Of a stretch of 38,929 nucleotides of DNA, positions 35,706 through 38,929 are shown one piece after another. The translations under genes were made by a program, and so were the position numbers. The stretch covers positions 45,591,728-45,630,656 of the forward strand of contig JBOZIK010000001.1 in NCBI GenBank assembly GCA_051453625.1, written 5' to 3'. Positions within the stretch are counted from its first letter, which is position 1. Each line of letters starts with the position of its first letter. Below the pieces are notes generated by a model. That model was given only the letters and a program-made list of their open reading frames with translations, was not told the origin of the DNA and did no database searches. The stretch comes from Welwitschia mirabilis. Its lineage: Eukaryota.

Positions 35706-38015
35706 TTTCATACTTGATGCTTAGATGCATGCATTTAGTTGAAGGATCATGGATGTCCTAAATAAATTGTATTAATTATATGAAATAGAGATTTGTACTT
35801 AGATTTATTTTCAAGATTATGCATATAATTTTAAATTTATCATCTTTCTCTTGAAACATTTCGAATGTTTAATTATTTGTAATGCAAGAGTTATGTTTAT
35901 GAACTGTGATTTTTCTGCACCATAGAAATTAGCCACAATTTTTTTAAAATATTTTTTTAGTATTTATTAGTATAAATGCTTATTAGGCCAATAAATAATT
36001 AGATGGCTATGTTATAAGTTCGAATAGTGAGATTTCATTTCACACATTTAGCCATTTAGGAAGATCTTAGATATATCAATAATTCATTGGGCACTTAAGC
36101 TAAAACATATAATGGAAATAATTAATACAAGACTTAAACATATGTTTTGTATAATATGACTTGTGGGTAGAGAGGAATACTAATAATAAAATGTCCTTTT
36201 ATAGATCAAACATGTGACTGCTCACTTTACCATCTTATCACCACACACATTGCCACTTGAGCAACAAGGACAACTGAAATGTAATGCTAAAACATTGCAA
36301 CATAGGTTTCTTCAAATGGCTAATGGCAGAGTCTGATAATGAATTAGGAGAACAACAGGAAATCATTGTGATGGAACTGCTAATATACCCCCTCTTTCTC
36401 TGAGTAGGATGCAAGTTTACCACCACCGTTGCAGTTCGAAGAAGCTAAACAACCTCCCCAATCCTATTAAATTTATGTAGTGTGCGCGTTTGGGAGATGA
36501 CATGTCACATGTCAAACTTGTGGTGTGCATTTCACTTATACATCTCGTTTATAAGAGATAGAAAGCTGTTTGGCCCACTCCTTTGCAGTTACCATCTAAG
36601 CCTTCTTGCTCTTCCATGTTGCATCTGAAATGCCAATCTATTTCCTCTTACCTGCGTGTTACCATCCTGATGCGACGTTCTCAAAAAATGCTGTAAGCTC
36701 CTCATCATCTCTTGTGCATTACCGCCTCGCCTCACCTTCTCCTCTCTACACAATGTTCGTTTTCCTGCACGGTGCTTTTTGCCCAGTGCGACGCTCTTCT
36801 CCATATGAAACTCTTGCTTCTTCCATGTGACTGCTCCTTTCGCGCGCTTCTCCTTTCGCTAGCGATTCTTCCTCTTCTGTGAGTGCATCTCTTCTTCTTC
36901 CACAAATGCAGCTCCTTCTTCAGTTAAAATGATTACCCAAAATTGAGAAACGCAAAATGGTTAAGCAATCATTAGAAAAGTGTGTTACACGAGTAGTTGA
37001 AAATGAAAACTTTTAAGCGCCGCTCAGTAATCACCAGCATGGTGCTTCGTTCACCTTCTCCTGTCTGTGCACAAACTTAGTATGTTGCTCAGACGTTTCT
37101 TGCTCCCTTAGGCCACCCTCGGCCTCCTTTCGAAGTGTATATTTTAAGAAAATGCCCAAACAGAAAAACATTTTCTAGAACAGATAAATACACACAAATG
37201 CTTTTCCTTCCACCGGCGATTACATCCAATCTTTCTTCTCCGTCCCTTTGTTCTCTTGTCCTCTGCTGTACGCGAGTTCTTATGTTTTTGCTGACATCTA
37301 ATTCTGACGTCCGCCGTTGGCCTCCTTTCCCCTGCGTGATGTTCGTTTTCAGCGCGGCACTATTGAGAGCTATTGGCTAGGTGACACAACGTTGACTAAT
37401 GTTCATTACCCAAGTCGTTAAGTTTATTAGGATTTCAAATCCACAACTACATAAGCTAATAATAGCAGCCCAATCGGTTATTAAGAAACATTGTAAGTGA
37501 AAGGTACCAAGTTCAACCCCTAAAATGTCATTTACTACTTTGCTCTTTTTTATCAACATTTAACATAATAAGATTAGATGGGCCATTAAGTTGATTTAGT
37601 AAAAATTTTTGAAATTTAAGAAGTATTTGTATGGCTTATATTTCTATAACTAATGGTCAATATTAGCATGTTCAAGAGAATTGTTAGTATGAAAGTATAT
37701 CTTGTTGTCATCTGTTAAATACAATTATACGATCACTTTACACCACTAATTTTTACATCTTGAAATGTAAAAAAATATAAATCTAACTAATTACTATTCA
37801 CACTTATAATTAACGAACCCATCATTATGCTAGGATATTAATACAACAATTTGAAATTTTAAGCCAAAACAAATACTTCAACTAGACATTAACAACACAT
37901 ACAACATATATAGATTCTATTTGATAATACCATGTAGTCTAGGTTACTAGACATTATTCCTTGCAATTTAAACTATATTTGTAACAGGATTGTCCACTTG
38001 TTAAGAATGATATAG

Positions 38016-38929
38016 ATAGGGGCATTGCATTTTCATATCAGATCCCTAGGTTATAAATGTTGGACTTAATCATTATCTCGATTACTCACAACTGAAAACT
38101 TGGCAAGATTGATAGATGACTCCAAACAGAGAAGTACTGCCACCAGATGTAAGATCTTTAGTGACCGCTGTAGACCATTTAGTAGATGGACTTTAAGATA
38201 GGAGAAATGAAGAAGATGCGACTACAGGAAGAATGCAACTCTATGGTGGGATGCAGAAAAAGCACAACTCACTTTTCTTAATCTACTATTTTGGAATTAT
38301 TTCAAAGTACAATTCTGAGGTAGGTACACATGTGAATATTACAAGAATGCTATAATGGAAGAATTTTATAATCTTAAGTAAGGATCAATGTTAGTGGTCC
38401 TATATGAAAATAAGTTTATCCAATTACTAAGATATATACTAGAGATAGCTAAGATGGAATAACTAAAGATACGTAGGTTAGTAGCGAGCTTGCATTCTAT
38501 GATCCAAAAATAGGTTAAACTATTTCAACTAAGGATGTTTGTAGAGGCCTTAAAAAGGAGAGGCTTGTGTTGGGATGCATATTTGTGCTCCTAATTCCAA
38601 NNNNNNNNNNNNNNNNNNNNNNNNNNNNNNNNNNNNNNNNNNNNNNNNNNNNNNNNNNNNNNNNNNNNNNNNNNNNNNNNNNNNNNNNNNNNNNNNNNNN
38701 AATTCCAATATTCTAAAGATCGAATATAACTTGCAACATCTAAAAAGCTAATATTCTAAGTGCATACAATACACATTTGTATAGTGGGATCAACCCAAAT
38801 GTCATACACTTAGAGAAGACTTTTGAAAGAGAATATAAAAACTTGCTTTCACAAAGAGAAGAATAACATCTTTTAGAAATTTTGCTTCAAAGGAAATAAA
38901 AGAAAATAATGTAGAGATGAAGATGGGAT
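38016..38929 (+). mobile_element. Tekay-like gypsy 5' remnant (LTR end, degenerate PBS, gag, possible PR)
   Basis: ggggcattgCA followed by degenerate PBS catatcagatcc. gag reads ATLWWDAEK...FWNYFKVQF*GRY...EEFYNLK*GSMLVVLYENKFIQLLRY...KIRRLVASL. SGSTQ near 38785. Confidence 0.7.

Noticed and set aside
36218..36242. miR156*-like gctcact...atcacc
   Set aside because: Many mismatches and no mature miR156 arm nearby.

Overview
Plant nuclear genomic DNA (AT-rich, CpG-depleted, many N gaps), most likely from a seed plant with old transposons and large introns. A gymnosperm or basal angiosperm is an inference from element architecture and is not proven. The only clear host gene is a minus-strand RabC1/Rab18-type small GTPase: coding exon 1 is at 26488-26350 and exon 2 at 25024-24956. 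Exon 3 is not visible, so intron 2 appears to be >24.9 kb. That stretch holds a stack of decayed LTR retrotransposons. (1) A Ty1/copia 3' half (135-2368), itself interrupted by another LTR. (2) A Ty3/gypsy Tat-type element (~4020-21389) with the rare domain order GAG-PR-aRH-RT-RH-INT. (3) A near-complete Sirevirus/SIRE-like copia with an env-like ORF (12599-20282, TSD acctt/acctc) inserted in the Tat 3' LTR. (4) A Tekay chromovirus 3' remnant. Upstream of the gene are very degenerate fossils: a gypsy integrase, two probable solo LTRs, a PIF/Harbinger transposase split by one of them, a CpG-rich possibly MULE-like segment and a Tekay gag. Two gap-flanked duplications are probably assembly or haplotype artefacts. 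No tRNA/rRNA genes, CRISPR or clearly novel system could be supported. The most unusual items are the aRH position, the giant TE-filled intron and the env-like Sirevirus with an asymmetric LTR duplication.
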